Of a stretch of 64,000 nt of DNA, positions 1 to 9,395 are shown piece after piece. The notes under the pieces were generated by a model. That model worked only from the letters and a program-made list of their open reading frames with translations, ran no database searches and was not told where the DNA came from. Position 1 is the stretch's first letter. Each line of letters begins with the position of its first letter. The stretch is from Candidatus Iainarchaeum sp. GTDB lineage: Archaea > Iainarchaeota > Iainarchaeia > Iainarchaeales > JAXPJC01. The stretch is from the NCBI GenBank assembly GCA_016187745.1, contig JACPJC010000005.1, positions 214,668 through 278,667 on the forward strand. Reading direction: 5' to 3'. The position numbers and the translations under genes are program-made.

Positions 1-237
1 TCGGCGGCGCTTTCAGAGCTTAAGGAAACAAAGGAAAAAAAAGTCTACAAGGCCGTAGGCAACATCCTCATACTCTCCGATGTTTCAAAGGTCCAGAAAG
101 AGCTTTCCGAGCAGAACGAATCAACTGAACTGCGCATAAAAACCCTTCAGAAGCAGGAAGACGCTTTGATAGACAAGCTGAACAAGCTGAAGGCGAAAAT
201 AGAGGCAGCGCAAAATCCAGAATCAAAATCGAATTAA
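1..237 (+). CDS. pfdB: Prefoldin beta subunit, 5'-truncated by window edge
   Basis: Manual frame-1 translation SAALSELKETKEKKVYKAVGNILILSD...ELRIKTLQKQED...* carries the VYKxVGxIL hairpin motif; the prefoldin-DHH gene order is common in archaea. Confidence 0.85.
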   Translation, partial: SAALSELKETKEKKVYKAVGNILILSDVSKVQKELSEQNESTELRIKTLQKQEDALIDKLNKLKAKIEAAQNPESKSN

Positions 238-252
238 TGAACTGGTTTTGCC

Positions 253-1275
253 ATGCATTCAAAGGTTCTCGGCTTCCTTTCCGGAATGCTGCACAAGCGC
301 GTTTTAGTGCTTACGCATTCCGCAGCGGACATTGACGCGATTTCCGCGGCAGGCGCGCTCTATTTTACCTTCAGGAAGAACTCCTCCATATCCATAGGGA
401 TTCCGGAGCACATCAACACAAACGCAAAGCAGCTTGCGCGCTCGCTTAAAATCCCATATGCGATGAATCCCGGAAATTTCGGGGATTACGACTGCATAAT
501 CCTTGTTGATTTCAATTCAAGGGACATGCTCGGCAGTTTGCAGGGCGCTCTTCAGGCATTCAACAAGCCTGTTCTTCTCATAGACCACCACAATTTAAGC
601 AGCGATAAAATAGCAAGCCCCGAGCTTTCAATAATAAGGCCGGAATGCATCTCCACAACTGAGGTGATTCACGACCTTCTGAAGCTTGCAAACCTGCAGA
701 TGAATGCGGAAACAGCAAAATGTATCGCTTCAGGGATATATGCGGATTCCGCGGGCTTCAGCGTTGCGGACCATGAAACCTTCAGGATTTTTGCAGATGT
801 GCTCGAAAAGGCAAAAATAAATTTCTCGCAGCTGCTTGAGCTGTTTTCAGCGGAAGAGGATTTCTCCGAGAAAATCGCGAAATTAAAAGCCGCAAAGCGC
901 GCGTCCATATTCAAGATTGCCGGCTATATTGCTGTTGCAACAGAGGTTAGCTGCTTTGAGGCAAGCGCTGCCTCCTCCCTCATAAGGGTCGGGGCGGACA
1001 TCTCATTTGCAGCCAGTTCTGACAAGAAGGAAATGCGCATTTCCGCGCGCGCCTCAAATGAGATTGTGCGCAAATTCAATTTTGACCTCACAAGGGACAT
1101 TTTTGCAAAAATGGCAAACGAATTTGATGCGAAATTCGGCGGACATCCGGGAGCTGCGGCGCTGAACGCGAAAAATGCGGATTCAGAAAAGGCGCTGAAG
1201 CGCTGCATTGAGCTTGCGCACGAATTCCTAAAATCCCACATCAGGGGCGCGAAGATGAAGGATTACTCTGATTGA
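253..1275 (+). CDS. DHH family phosphoesterase (NrnA-like, DHHA1 domain)
   Basis: THSAADIDA, ILVD, IDHH and C-terminal GGHPGAA motifs. Confidence 0.9.
   Translation: MHSKVLGFLSGMLHKRVLVLTHSAADIDAISAAGALYFTFRKNSSISIGIPEHINTNAKQLARSLKIPYAMNPGNFGDYDCIILVDFNSRDMLGSLQGALQAFNKPVLLIDHHNLSSDKIASPELSIIRPECISTTEVIHDLLKLANLQMNAETAKCIASGIYADSAGFSVADHETFRIFADVLEKAKINFSQLLELFSAEEDFSEKIAKLKAAKRASIFKIAGYIAVATEVSCFEASAASSLIRVGADISFAASSDKKEMRISARASNEIVRKFNFDLTRDIFAKMANEFDAKFGGHPGAAALNAKNADSEKALKRCIELAHEFLKSHIRGAKMKDYSD
1219..1275 (+). repeat. 57-bp direct repeat, copy 1 (3' end of the DHH gene)
   Basis: Matches 2268..2324 with 8 mismatches by manual alignment. Confidence 0.85.
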
Positions 1276-1321
1276 TTGGCACAGCAATGATTATAAATTG
1301 AGAATGAGGCTAGATATAATA

Positions 1322-2260
1322 ATGAACAAAGCACTAACGCTCATAATTCTAATAAGTGCAATTGCAACAGTCGTTCTGGTTAGCGGCTGTGTTCAGCAAG
1401 GTACTGCAGATAGTACCACACAGACAGATGCAAATGAAAACATAGCCGACCAAGAAATAGCAGCACATGCAATTTATATTTGTGAAATTAATGATCAGTA
1501 TGTAACAAATTTGGCAGAATGCCCAACAGGCAAGGGGAAAGAGGTTGCGGGCTCATGTTATAACTCAAATTATTCAACTATTTATATCTTAAAACCACTG
1601 AAATATATAACATTACTTCCCTCAGATGAAACTAAGCTTGCCCATGCTATAAAAGATCAAGGCGATTCCGCGCTTAATGGAATTACAGATTTGACTTGTT
1701 TAGAAGCTTTATCATTGCCTTCAATAGTTTCTAATATTTCTCCTTTAAGTAAATTGAGCAATCTGAAATTTTTAGTAGCATATGGCGCTAAAGTTTCAGA
1801 TCTTTCACCATTAAGTAATCTAACCAAGTTAACTCAGCTAATAATGTGGGATACGCCCGCTTCAGATTTCTCGCCTCTAGGCAATCTAACTAATTTAGAA
1901 AAATTGGATCTGACTGCCAACACTAATATCTCAGATATTTCTTCACTAAGCAAGCTAACTAAACTTAAAACATTGGTCTTATCGGCCAATATTTCTCTTT
2001 CAAATATTTCTGCGCTAGCAACCCTAACCAACTTGGAAGATTTGAGATTAGATGGCACAAAGGTTTCAGATCTTTCTCCACTAAGCAACCTAACTAACTT
2101 AAAGTACTTGAATTTACGTAACAGTCGGTCTATCAAAGATATTTCTCCACTAAGCAATCTGACCAACTTGAAGAGCTTAGAGTTGTCAGGCACCTCTGTT
2201 TTATATTCAGATTGCAAGGCACTAAAAGAGAAATTACCAAATATTCTACTTGATTGCTGA
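1322..2260 (+). CDS. Internalin-like leucine-rich-repeat lipoprotein
   Basis: Signal peptide ending LVSGC; about seven 22-aa LSPLSNLTNLxxLxL repeats; AT-richer than its neighbours. Confidence 0.85.
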   Translation: MNKALTLIILISAIATVVLVSGCVQQGTADSTTQTDANENIADQEIAAHAIYICEINDQYVTNLAECPTGKGKEVAGSCYNSNYSTIYILKPLKYITLLPSDETKLAHAIKDQGDSALNGITDLTCLEALSLPSIVSNISPLSKLSNLKFLVAYGAKVSDLSPLSNLTKLTQLIMWDTPASDFSPLGNLTNLEKLDLTANTNISDISSLSKLTKLKTLVLSANISLSNISALATLTNLEDLRLDGTKVSDLSPLSNLTNLKYLNLRNSRSIKDISPLSNLTNLKSLELSGTSVLYSDCKALKEKLPNILLDC

Positions 2261-2267
2261 ATCGAGC

Positions 2268-2324
2268 CACGAATTCCTGAAAGCGCGCATCAGGGGCGCG
2301 AAAATTAAGGATTATTCGGATTGA
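2268..2324 (+). repeat. 57-bp direct repeat, copy 2 (orphaned DHH 3' end, HEFLKARIRGAKIKDYSD*)
   Basis: Same reading frame and stop codon as 1219..1275. Confidence 0.85.
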
Positions 2325-2383
2325 CAAGCGCATATATGCAAATAGATAAATGATATGGCTTGCGGAAAAGATTTGATGTTTCC

Positions 2384-2902
2384 CTATCCCTTCAGTTTCG
2401 GAACGTCAAGCGCCTCTTCAGGCTTGAGCAATGAGATTCCCGCGCGGTTCCCGAGGATTTCAACCCTCAGAATCTTCTGCGGCGCTTCCAGATCCACATT
2501 GGGCCTGTCTATGACCTCGGTCAGCTGCCTTATTAGCTGCACGCTGTCATACTTGTCATATGAGCGCTTGTTCAGGTCCATCTTCCACTTGTCCTTCTGT
2601 GAAATTCCCTTTGCAAGCCCCCTGATTGTTTTCTGCATTGGCTTTATGTCCGATTTCGCCCATTTCTCTATCGGAGTGTAATGGAAAGTAACCTCAAAAA
2701 GGTTTGGCTTTTTCCTGCAAAGCTGCCCCAATTTCGCAACTGCTTCCTTGGGCTTTGCAACTGTTGCCTCCATAACCCCCTCGATTTTGGGCTTTGCCAA
2801 TTTTGCTTTCCTGCCTATCTCCTTCAATACTGCCTGCAATTCCGCCTTTGCCCTGCCCGCATGGCTCGGGTCATAAGTTACAAGCAAATTTGCGTTAGCC
2901 AT
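2384..2902 (-). CDS. THUMP-domain RNA-binding protein
   Basis: C-terminal VDLEAPQKILRVEIL...AGISL pattern; GGAGG RBS upstream. Confidence 0.8.
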   Translation of the reverse strand: MANANLLVTYDPSHAGRAKAELQAVLKEIGRKAKLAKPKIEGVMEATVAKPKEAVAKLGQLCRKKPNLFEVTFHYTPIEKWAKSDIKPMQKTIRGLAKGISQKDKWKMDLNKRSYDKYDSVQLIRQLTEVIDRPNVDLEAPQKILRVEILGNRAGISLLKPEEALDVPKLKG

Positions 2903-3012
2903 CTCCCAACCTCCTTAGCATTGGAACTATCCAGATAGAATAGGCGCAAATAATTAATAAATATATTTATGCGCTTAAAACTGCCCCTGCTACCAAATAA
3001 AAAACAGAAGGG

Positions 3013-3156
3013 CTATGCCACAGGCACATCAAGGCTCTTTGCCCTGAAGTTAGCATATGCCCTGTATTTTGTCTTTGTCCATGCCTCAGGCTGCTTGGAC
3101 CTGAGCTTGAACTCTTCCTTAAGCAGCTGCTTCCTCAATTTCTCGCTAATGCGCAT
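3013..3156 (-). CDS. Small hypothetical protein (47 aa, MRISEKLRKQ...LDVPVA)
   Basis: Manual translation; strong GGAGG RBS about 10 nt upstream; below the ORF-track length cutoff. Confidence 0.55.
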   Translation of the reverse strand: MRISEKLRKQLLKEEFKLRSKQPEAWTKTKYRAYANFRAKSLDVPVA

Positions 3157-3309
3157 ATTCTTTGCCTCCTTCCGGAATTGCTCCCCAAATCCCCGACGAA
3201 ACGAATATAGGTGCTAAATTGAATCTGATCTGAATTACATCACCAGGTAATTAGTAATATATTAGTGTATTAAACTCTTTAAAAAGGGATGTGTTTTGGG
3301 ATTAAGTTA

Positions 3310-3468
3310 TTAATGCCTTTGCGGCTTGAGCGCATTTTTTATTGCCCTTTTTATTACCGGAACATCCCTTTTTATTCCGCCTGCAGGGCCTGTATAGCTT
3401 ACTCCGATGCCTGTTTTGCCCCCGCCTCTCTTTATAGTAAATTTCTTGGTTCTAATTTTCATCATCAT
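3310..3468 (-). CDS. Small basic hypothetical protein (52 aa, MMMKIRTKKFTIKRGGG...)
   Basis: Manual translation; fills an intergenic gap. Confidence 0.35.
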   Translation of the reverse strand: MMMKIRTKKFTIKRGGGKTGIGVSYTGPAGGIKRDVPVIKRAIKNALKPQRH

Positions 3469-3517
3469 TCTTAATAACTATGCCTTTTCATATTTTAATC
3501 CTTTTGTTGGGGTTTTT

Positions 3518-4366
3518 ATGCAAAGGCTCAAAATCAGCAGCTTTAATCTGCAGCATTCGCTTGAGTGCGGCCAGGCCTTCCGCTGGGAGAAAAAGCAGAA
3601 CGGCTTCTATTATGGCCTGATAAAAAATATCCCTGTAAAAATAAAGCAGGAGGGCGCTTCGCTGCTTTATGATTCCTATGAAACTAAAATAAAAGGGGCG
3701 CAGATAAGGGATTATTTAGCACTGGATCTCAATCTCAGCGGAATTCTTTCCTCCATCAGCAAAGATGCGAACATCGCGCGCGCTGCTGCAAAATATCCCG
3801 GCCTGAGAATCCTGCGCCAGGAGCCATGGGAAACCCTAGCTTCCTACATTATTGCGACCTTCTCAAACATCCCGCGAATAAAAAAATGCATCAATGCGCT
3901 CTCGCAAAAATTCGGAAATGAGATTGAATTTGACGGTATGCAATTTTTTACCTTTCCGACAATTGATGCGCTCGCGAATTGCAGGGAAAGGCATCTGCAG
4001 TTATGCGCCCTTGGCTACAGGAGCGCATATCTCCTCAAAACCGCAAAGATGCTCCGGAAGAAAATTGAAAGGGAGAATTTTGATTTGAACGCCCTGAAAA
4101 AACTGCCATATGCGGAGGCAAAAGCAGCGCTTATGCAATTTCCAGGAGTTGGGGAAAAGGTCGCTGATTGCGTTCTGCTTTTCAGCTTGGGTTTCATGGA
4201 AGCGTTTCCTGTTGATGTATGGATAAAAAGGGCAATGCAGGAAATGTATTTCAGCAGCAAGCCAACATCAATCGGGAAAATCCACGAATTCGCGCAGGGG
4301 CATTTCGGAAAATACGCAGGCTACGCGCAGGAATATTTGTTCTACTCCTGCAGGCTTCTAGAATAA
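3518..4366 (+). CDS. 8-oxoguanine DNA glycosylase (OGG1-like, HhH-GPD)
   Basis: LECGQAFRW N-domain, GLRILRQEPWE, FPGVGEKVADCVLL HhH, FPVDVW; probable start at MQRLK. Confidence 0.9.
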   Translation: MQRLKISSFNLQHSLECGQAFRWEKKQNGFYYGLIKNIPVKIKQEGASLLYDSYETKIKGAQIRDYLALDLNLSGILSSISKDANIARAAAKYPGLRILRQEPWETLASYIIATFSNIPRIKKCINALSQKFGNEIEFDGMQFFTFPTIDALANCRERHLQLCALGYRSAYLLKTAKMLRKKIERENFDLNALKKLPYAEAKAALMQFPGVGEKVADCVLLFSLGFMEAFPVDVWIKRAMQEMYFSSKPTSIGKIHEFAQGHFGKYAGYAQEYLFYSCRLLE

Positions 4367-4500
4367 TCCAACGGCCTTAGTTTCCGCTTTGCAAAGATTC
4401 TCTTAAACAAGGATTTTATTATCCAAACAGGTTTTTTTCTTCCAGACGGACCAATACTTTTGTATAGCCTGAATCTTTCAAGCACTCCTATGTGTGGCAT
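4342..4500 (-). CDS. Small basic hypothetical protein (52 aa, MPHIGVLERF...)
   Basis: Manual translation; AGGTGA RBS overlaps the stop of the upstream gene. Confidence 0.35.
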   Translation of the reverse strand: MPHIGVLERFRLYKSIGPSGRKKPVWIIKSLFKRIFAKRKLRPLDYSRSLQE

Positions 4501-4505
4501 TTTTA

Positions 4506-4826
4506 TCACCTGCTCTTAATTTCAATAAGGCACGCCTCGCAAATGAACTTAAGCCTGAAATCATTCCCGCTCCTGCTCGCGTTTCCGCAGAGCGCGCAGC
4601 GCTTTTCCCCGGCATCCAAATCCCTTATAGCCCACGAGTAAAGCAGATTCCAGCTGATCCACTTGGGAAGGAAAAGCTCATTAAGGACTGTTTTGTCGTT
4701 CTCCTGTATGCGCTTCTTGAGGCTCGGCATTACTGACTTATCAAGGCCCTTCAATGCCTTTACCTTTTCAAGGTCGCCCTTCCTCTGCAGCTCGCTCAGT
4801 TCCTCATCATAAAGCTCTGAAAACAT
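4506..4826 (-). CDS. Hypothetical protein with C-terminal CxxC...CxxC zinc ribbon
   Basis: CALC...ICEAC. Confidence 0.7.
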   Translation of the reverse strand: MFSELYDEELSELQRKGDLEKVKALKGLDKSVMPSLKKRIQENDKTVLNELFLPKWISWNLLYSWAIRDLDAGEKRCALCGNASRSGNDFRLKFICEACLIEIKSR

Positions 4827-4917
4827 CCCAATCAGGATAATGTTGTTTCAGGTGCTATATAATAATTTGTTTTCAAGCAAGGCATAATTTTAAATAGATT
4901 ACATTGTTTGTTTTTAT

Positions 4918-5142
4918 GTGGTAAGAATGGCAAAGAAAGCGGCAAAAAAGAAGAAAAAGGTTCTGTTTAGAAGCCCCCCGAGGGGCTGCAGGTATGAGCG
5001 GGATGCTGACCATCTTGAGTGGTTTTCAAAGGGCCAGAACGTATGCAATTTCTGCCCGCTGATAGTGCTCGGGAGAAAATCCGGCTGCGAGCCGGGCGTG
5101 TACAGGCTCAAGCAGATAGAAGCGCTTAAAGGCAAAAAATGA
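4918..5142 (+). CDS. Small basic Cys-containing hypothetical protein
   Basis: Stop overlaps the start of the next gene (ATGA); C...CNFC...C. Confidence 0.55.
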   Translation: MVRMAKKAAKKKKKVLFRSPPRGCRYERDADHLEWFSKGQNVCNFCPLIVLGRKSGCEPGVYRLKQIEALKGKK

Positions 5143-5654
5143 GCGGAAGCAAAAAAGCACTAATCATTATTGCGTTCAGCAATTTCCGGGACGAGGAGCT
5201 TTTTGATACAAAGGAAGAGCTGGAAAAGGCAGGAATTGAAACCACTGTTGCAAGCACAAGAACCGGAATTGCAAAGGGAATGCTCGGCGGCACGGCAAAT
5301 GTTTCAATTGCGATTGAGGATGCCGATTCCAAGGATTATGATGCGGTTGTTTTTATCGGCGGGGGCGGGGCAAGCGTTTATTTCAATAACAAAAAAGCGC
5401 ATGAAATTGCAAAGTCTACATATTCCTCAGGAAAAATCCTTGCCGCAATATGCATTGCCCCCAGCACGCTTGCAAACGCCGGCTTATTAAAAGGCAAAAA
5501 GGCAACGTGCTTCCCGAGCGAGGCGCAGAACCTCAAGTCAAAGGGCGCAATTTACACTGGAAAAGCTGTTGAAATTGACGGAAGGATAATAACCGCAGAC
5601 GGCCCGAAATCAGCGCATTCTTTTGGAAAGGCAATTGCAAATGCATTGAAATAG
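5139..5654 (+). CDS. DJ-1/PfpI family protein
   Basis: FRDEE, YDAVVFIGGGG, AAICIAP nucleophile elbow, RIITADGP. Confidence 0.92.
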   Translation: MSGSKKALIIIAFSNFRDEELFDTKEELEKAGIETTVASTRTGIAKGMLGGTANVSIAIEDADSKDYDAVVFIGGGGASVYFNNKKAHEIAKSTYSSGKILAAICIAPSTLANAGLLKGKKATCFPSEAQNLKSKGAIYTGKAVEIDGRIITADGPKSAHSFGKAIANALK

Positions 5655-5661
5655 CCCTATT

Positions 5662-6078
5662 TCAGTAATCCCCGAGATAAATGACATTATTCCCGGATTT
5701 TACCTTTGTCCTTTCCGCATATCTTATGAGATAATGCGCAGTGCTTTTGGGAATGCTTGTAAGCTCCTCAATCTCCCTGAAGCTCTTCTCATCGCGCTGC
5801 ATCCCGACAATTTCCTTTATCATCTCAATGTCAAGCCCTATCGCCCTGCCCCTGTTGCTTGAGAATTTAATTGCAATGTTCCTTTGCTCGAGCAGCTTCC
5901 TCGCCTTTTCAGGGAACCTTCCAGAGCACGATTGAGAAAGGGAAATTTGCTGCAGGTTCCTGCACTTCTTCAGCAGTTTCTCCAGGCTGCTCGCCCTCAA
6001 GGGCCTTACAAAGTGCAGTTCGCTCGCTTCTTTCGGAATCGAAACAATATCAGTATCGGGAGTTATGGCATACTTCAT
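5662..6078 (-). CDS. Archaeal DUF1699-like protein with C-terminal HTH
   Basis: ELHFVRP...LLKKCRNL..I.L..S, RGR, then SFREIEELTSIPKSTAHYL. Confidence 0.6.
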   Translation of the reverse strand: MKYAITPDTDIVSIPKEASELHFVRPLRASSLEKLLKKCRNLQQISLSQSCSGRFPEKARKLLEQRNIAIKFSSNRGRAIGLDIEMIKEIVGMQRDEKSFREIEELTSIPKSTAHYLIRYAERTKVKSGNNVIYLGDY

Positions 6079-6222
6079 TGCAATCAGCTTTGGGAGTTAA
6101 TTGCAATAAATTAGCGCGCAGGTGTTTATAAAACTTTCGCACAATTTCTTGGACATCAGAAACTACGTTTCCGTAAAAAATCGGCAATGAAATATTTGAC
6201 TTATCTTCATTTTGCCGATTTT

Positions 6223-7746
6223 TTATACCTTCCTTTTATTTCTATAATCCTCAATAGCCCTCTTCAGCCCGTCCATTGCAAGGACAGAGCAGTGCATCTT
6301 GTTCGGGGGCAGCCCATCAAGCTCCTTTGCGATTTTCTCCTTGTTGATTTTAAGCGCATCCTCCAGCATCATGCCCTTTGCCATCTCTGTAAGCTTGCTG
6401 CTTGTCGCCAAAGCTGCGACGCATCCAAAAGTTTTAACCTTTATATCTTTAATTGTTTCTTGCCCCTTTTTATTTTTTCCCACCTTGATATAAACCCACA
6501 TTAAATCTCCGCAATTATGCACACATAAGGATTCTGTTGTATAAGACATTGAATTGGCAACTTCTAGATTTACAACAGCGCCATTGTAATCAAACTTTTC
6601 AATATCTGTTATTAAAGTATACAAATAATTTTCATCAAACCAAGAATGCACTAATTCTGGTTTTTCTGCCTTAAAATCTATCCCCAAGATTTTTGCAAGA
6701 TTCTCCAGGCCTTTTCTTTCACCTATATGAATCCTCCAAGCCTTTTGATGTTTTACTCCATCTTTACTGATTTTTGGTTTATCAATATATATAGAGGGAG
6801 CAATTTTTTGTCTCAGCAAGAGCGTAACTATCTGCTGAGTCAGTTGATATGAAATTGTAGCATAACATGCTCTCGGCCTTTTTTCATTAAAATAGCCATC
6901 GCCCTTCCACAATCCATAAATAAGGCTCTTTTGTTTTTCTGCTGGGAGCAGCATCATCCAGTGCGGAAGCTTCTTTTCTGCGGCGCCTTTCCCGAATAGA
7001 GATTTGAATAATCTAACAAACCATACGCTATTCACATTCACAATAAGGGTATTTCTCTTTGGAACATATAATTTTTTTGCTTCAATTCCAAAATTATTTT
7101 TTACAATATATACTACATCATTTGCCAAATCCTCTTCATTTAAATTAAAGCTGAAACTAACTAGCGTTTTTGTTACAAGGTCCCTAAGCCCCCCCTCTGC
7201 CAGATAGTAGCCTGCAAGCCTGAGAAAATCATCATTTATTCCTATTTTTTCAGGAATTTTTTTACTTCGGAAGTCCCATTTCTTCCCAACTTGCTTAAAT
7301 TCAATGGATTCTACATTCTTTTCTTCTTTCATTATTGGATAAACTGACAAATCCCCCCCACTTAGTTCATCAGCATGATGCCATTCAATTGGAAGTGTTT
7401 TTTTATTTCTTGAGAAAGTATACTTCCATCTTTTTGGGACCTTAACAGCTAAAACTTCATGCTCCGGAGTAACAATAGTTTTTCCCAATTTATTCTTAAT
7501 GCTTAAAAGTTTTCCTGAATAACTTCTTTTAGGAATTCTTACAACTTCATTATATAATCCATCATGCCCCAAAACCTTTATTCCTGCAGTAATTTCATCT
7601 ATTTTAGTAAATTCATCATTTGCATGGATTTTTGTTTCAGGCACTAAACACACAGGATTGCCAATCTTTCCCAGCCCGTCTGGATTCTTTATTTCGCCTA
7701 TATTATGCGGGCGCCTGAATTCTTTCATTACCTTTTCTGAGTACAT
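6223..7746 (-). CDS. iscU: Fe-S scaffold IscU/NifU-N interrupted by an intein
   Basis: Exteins MYSEKVM..F..PHN.G...GNPV|CGD...FGC...NKMHCS join to 128 aa; lies downstream of iscS. Confidence 0.92.
   Translation of the reverse strand: MYSEKVMKEFRRPHNIGEIKNPDGLGKIGNPVCLVPETKIHANDEFTKIDEITAGIKVLGHDGLYNEVVRIPKRSYSGKLLSIKNKLGKTIVTPEHEVLAVKVPKRWKYTFSRNKKTLPIEWHHADELSGGDLSVYPIMKEEKNVESIEFKQVGKKWDFRSKKIPEKIGINDDFLRLAGYYLAEGGLRDLVTKTLVSFSFNLNEEDLANDVVYIVKNNFGIEAKKLYVPKRNTLIVNVNSVWFVRLFKSLFGKGAAEKKLPHWMMLLPAEKQKSLIYGLWKGDGYFNEKRPRACYATISYQLTQQIVTLLLRQKIAPSIYIDKPKISKDGVKHQKAWRIHIGERKGLENLAKILGIDFKAEKPELVHSWFDENYLYTLITDIEKFDYNGAVVNLEVANSMSYTTESLCVHNCGDLMWVYIKVGKNKKGQETIKDIKVKTFGCVAALATSSKLTEMAKGMMLEDALKINKEKIAKELDGLPPNKMHCSVLAMDGLKRAIEDYRNKRKV
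6514..7650 (-). mobile_element. Intein with LAGLIDADG homing endonuclease (379 aa)
   Basis: Starts CLVPETKI; block B VTPEHEV; LAGYYLAEG and LIYGLWKGDG motifs; ends VVNLEV...CVHN followed by +1 Cys. Confidence 0.92.
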
Positions 7747-7815
7747 CTTTTTGCTCCTTAATAATTCAAAACCTTGTAATTTTTAAACATTCCTAGAGTA
7801 AACCGCCACTGAACA

Positions 7816-9030
7816 CTAATGCGCATGCCCCTCATGCGTGTGCTCAATCTTCCCTTCAAACTCGCTTATGTCAATGCCCTTCCTCAGCGGGCTCATTTCC
7901 CTCAACCTTGCGATTATTGCGGGAAGCACATTCAGCAAATAATCAATGTCCTTTGTTGTTGTGTCTCGCCCAAGAGTCAATCTCAATGAGCCGTGGCATT
8001 TCACATGCGGCAGCCCTATTGCGCGCAATACATGGCTCGGCTCAAGGCTTTTTGTGCTGCATGCGCTTCCTGTTGAGGCAGCAATCCCCTTCTCATCAAG
8101 CATTATCACTATGCTCTCCCCCTCGACAAAATCAAATCCAAGATTAGCATTTCCCGCCAAGCGATTTTTCAATGAGCCATTTAGCCATGAATCCTTGATT
8201 TTCAAGCAGCCCTTAATTAATTTATTCCTTAATTTGAGCTCGCGCGCATTCTCTTTTCCCATTTCCTTTATTGAGATTTTCAGCGCCTCGGCCATCCCAA
8301 TAATTCCCGCAACATTCTCAGTTCCGCTTCTCAATCCATTCTCCTGCCCGCCCCCGTGCATTAGAGGATGGATGTTTGTTCCTTTCCTAACGTACAAAAA
8401 GCCAACCCCCTTCGGGCCGTAGAACTTGTGCGCGCTCGCGGAAAGCAAATCAATGTTCATCTTCTTCACATCAATCTGAATTTTCCCAAGCGTCTGAACG
8501 GCATCGGTATGGAAATAAATCCCCCTTTCCCTGCAAATTTTCCCTATTTCCCCAATAGGCTGTATTGTTCCGATTTCATTGTTCGCATGCATCACGCTTA
8601 CAAGGATTGTCTTTTCAGTTATTGCGGATTCCAGCTCCTTTGGATTAATGAAGCCCCTGCTGTCCACTTCAAGATAGGTTACTTTGAATCCATCCTTCTC
8701 AAGGAATTTGCAGGTATGCAGTACAGCATGATGCTCAAACACGCTTGTGATTATGTGGTTTCCATTTTTTGAATTTGCATATGCAATTCCCTTTATTGCA
8801 AGGTTGTCGCTTTCTGTGCCCCCGGAAGTGAAAATTATCTCATTCGGCTCGGCATTTATCGCCCTAGCAATTTCCGCGCGCGCATTTTCCATTGCCTTTT
8901 TCGCTTCTGTCCCGAAATAATGCAAAGAGCCCGCATTCCCGTATTTCTCGCTGAAATATGGCCTCATTTTTGCAAGCGCCCTTCCATCAATTGGGGTAGT
9001 TGCCGCGTGGTCAAGATAAATGCGCCTCAT
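7816..9030 (-). CDS. iscS: Cysteine desulfurase IscS/NifS
   Basis: IYLDHAATT, FTSGGTESDN, HTDAVQ, SAHKFYGPKG, STGSAC. Confidence 0.95.
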   Translation of the reverse strand: MRRIYLDHAATTPIDGRALAKMRPYFSEKYGNAGSLHYFGTEAKKAMENARAEIARAINAEPNEIIFTSGGTESDNLAIKGIAYANSKNGNHIITSVFEHHAVLHTCKFLEKDGFKVTYLEVDSRGFINPKELESAITEKTILVSVMHANNEIGTIQPIGEIGKICRERGIYFHTDAVQTLGKIQIDVKKMNIDLLSASAHKFYGPKGVGFLYVRKGTNIHPLMHGGGQENGLRSGTENVAGIIGMAEALKISIKEMGKENARELKLRNKLIKGCLKIKDSWLNGSLKNRLAGNANLGFDFVEGESIVIMLDEKGIAASTGSACSTKSLEPSHVLRAIGLPHVKCHGSLRLTLGRDTTTKDIDYLLNVLPAIIARLREMSPLRKGIDISEFEGKIEHTHEGHAH

Positions 9031-9356
9031 GCTCCGTGCTCCTTGCTGCAGACCCTGCAGACATTCTGCTTGTAGAATGCTATCGCATCCAATATGCCGC
9101 TCCTTGCCTTCATTTTTCCGAAGTTTTCGCTTATGGAGTATATGCGCCCCTTCCCCCTCTTATCAACATGCACAAACCTGCATTTCCTCAGCACCTGCAG
9201 CGCATGGCTTATTTTGCTCTGCTCCTCATGCAGGGAACCAGCAAGCCCGAGGACTGTTTTAGGATTTTTTTTCAGTTCGGAAATGATTTTCAGGCGCAGG
9301 GGGTTCGCAAGAACCTCGAAGCACCTGTAATTGGAAACAGATGAATCAGCTTTCAT
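9027..9356 (-). CDS. ArsR family transcriptional regulator
   Basis: LANPLRLKII...QSKISHALQVLR...GRIYS; ATGA coupling to iscS; C-terminal CxxC. Confidence 0.85.
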   Translation of the reverse strand: MKADSSVSNYRCFEVLANPLRLKIISELKKNPKTVLGLAGSLHEEQSKISHALQVLRKCRFVHVDKRGKGRIYSISENFGKMKARSGILDAIAFYKQNVCRVCSKEHGA

Positions 9357-9395
9357 ATGAATATTGCATCATATAAGTTTATAAGGATTGTGGAA

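Noticed and set aside
1730-2200. 66-bp periodicity as a non-coding array
   Set aside because: Explained by 22-aa LRR coding repeats
3180-3250. Hammerhead ribozyme or C/D-box RNA (CGAAAC, CTGA, GTGATG words)
   Set aside because: Core motifs are incomplete and the required helices could not be formed
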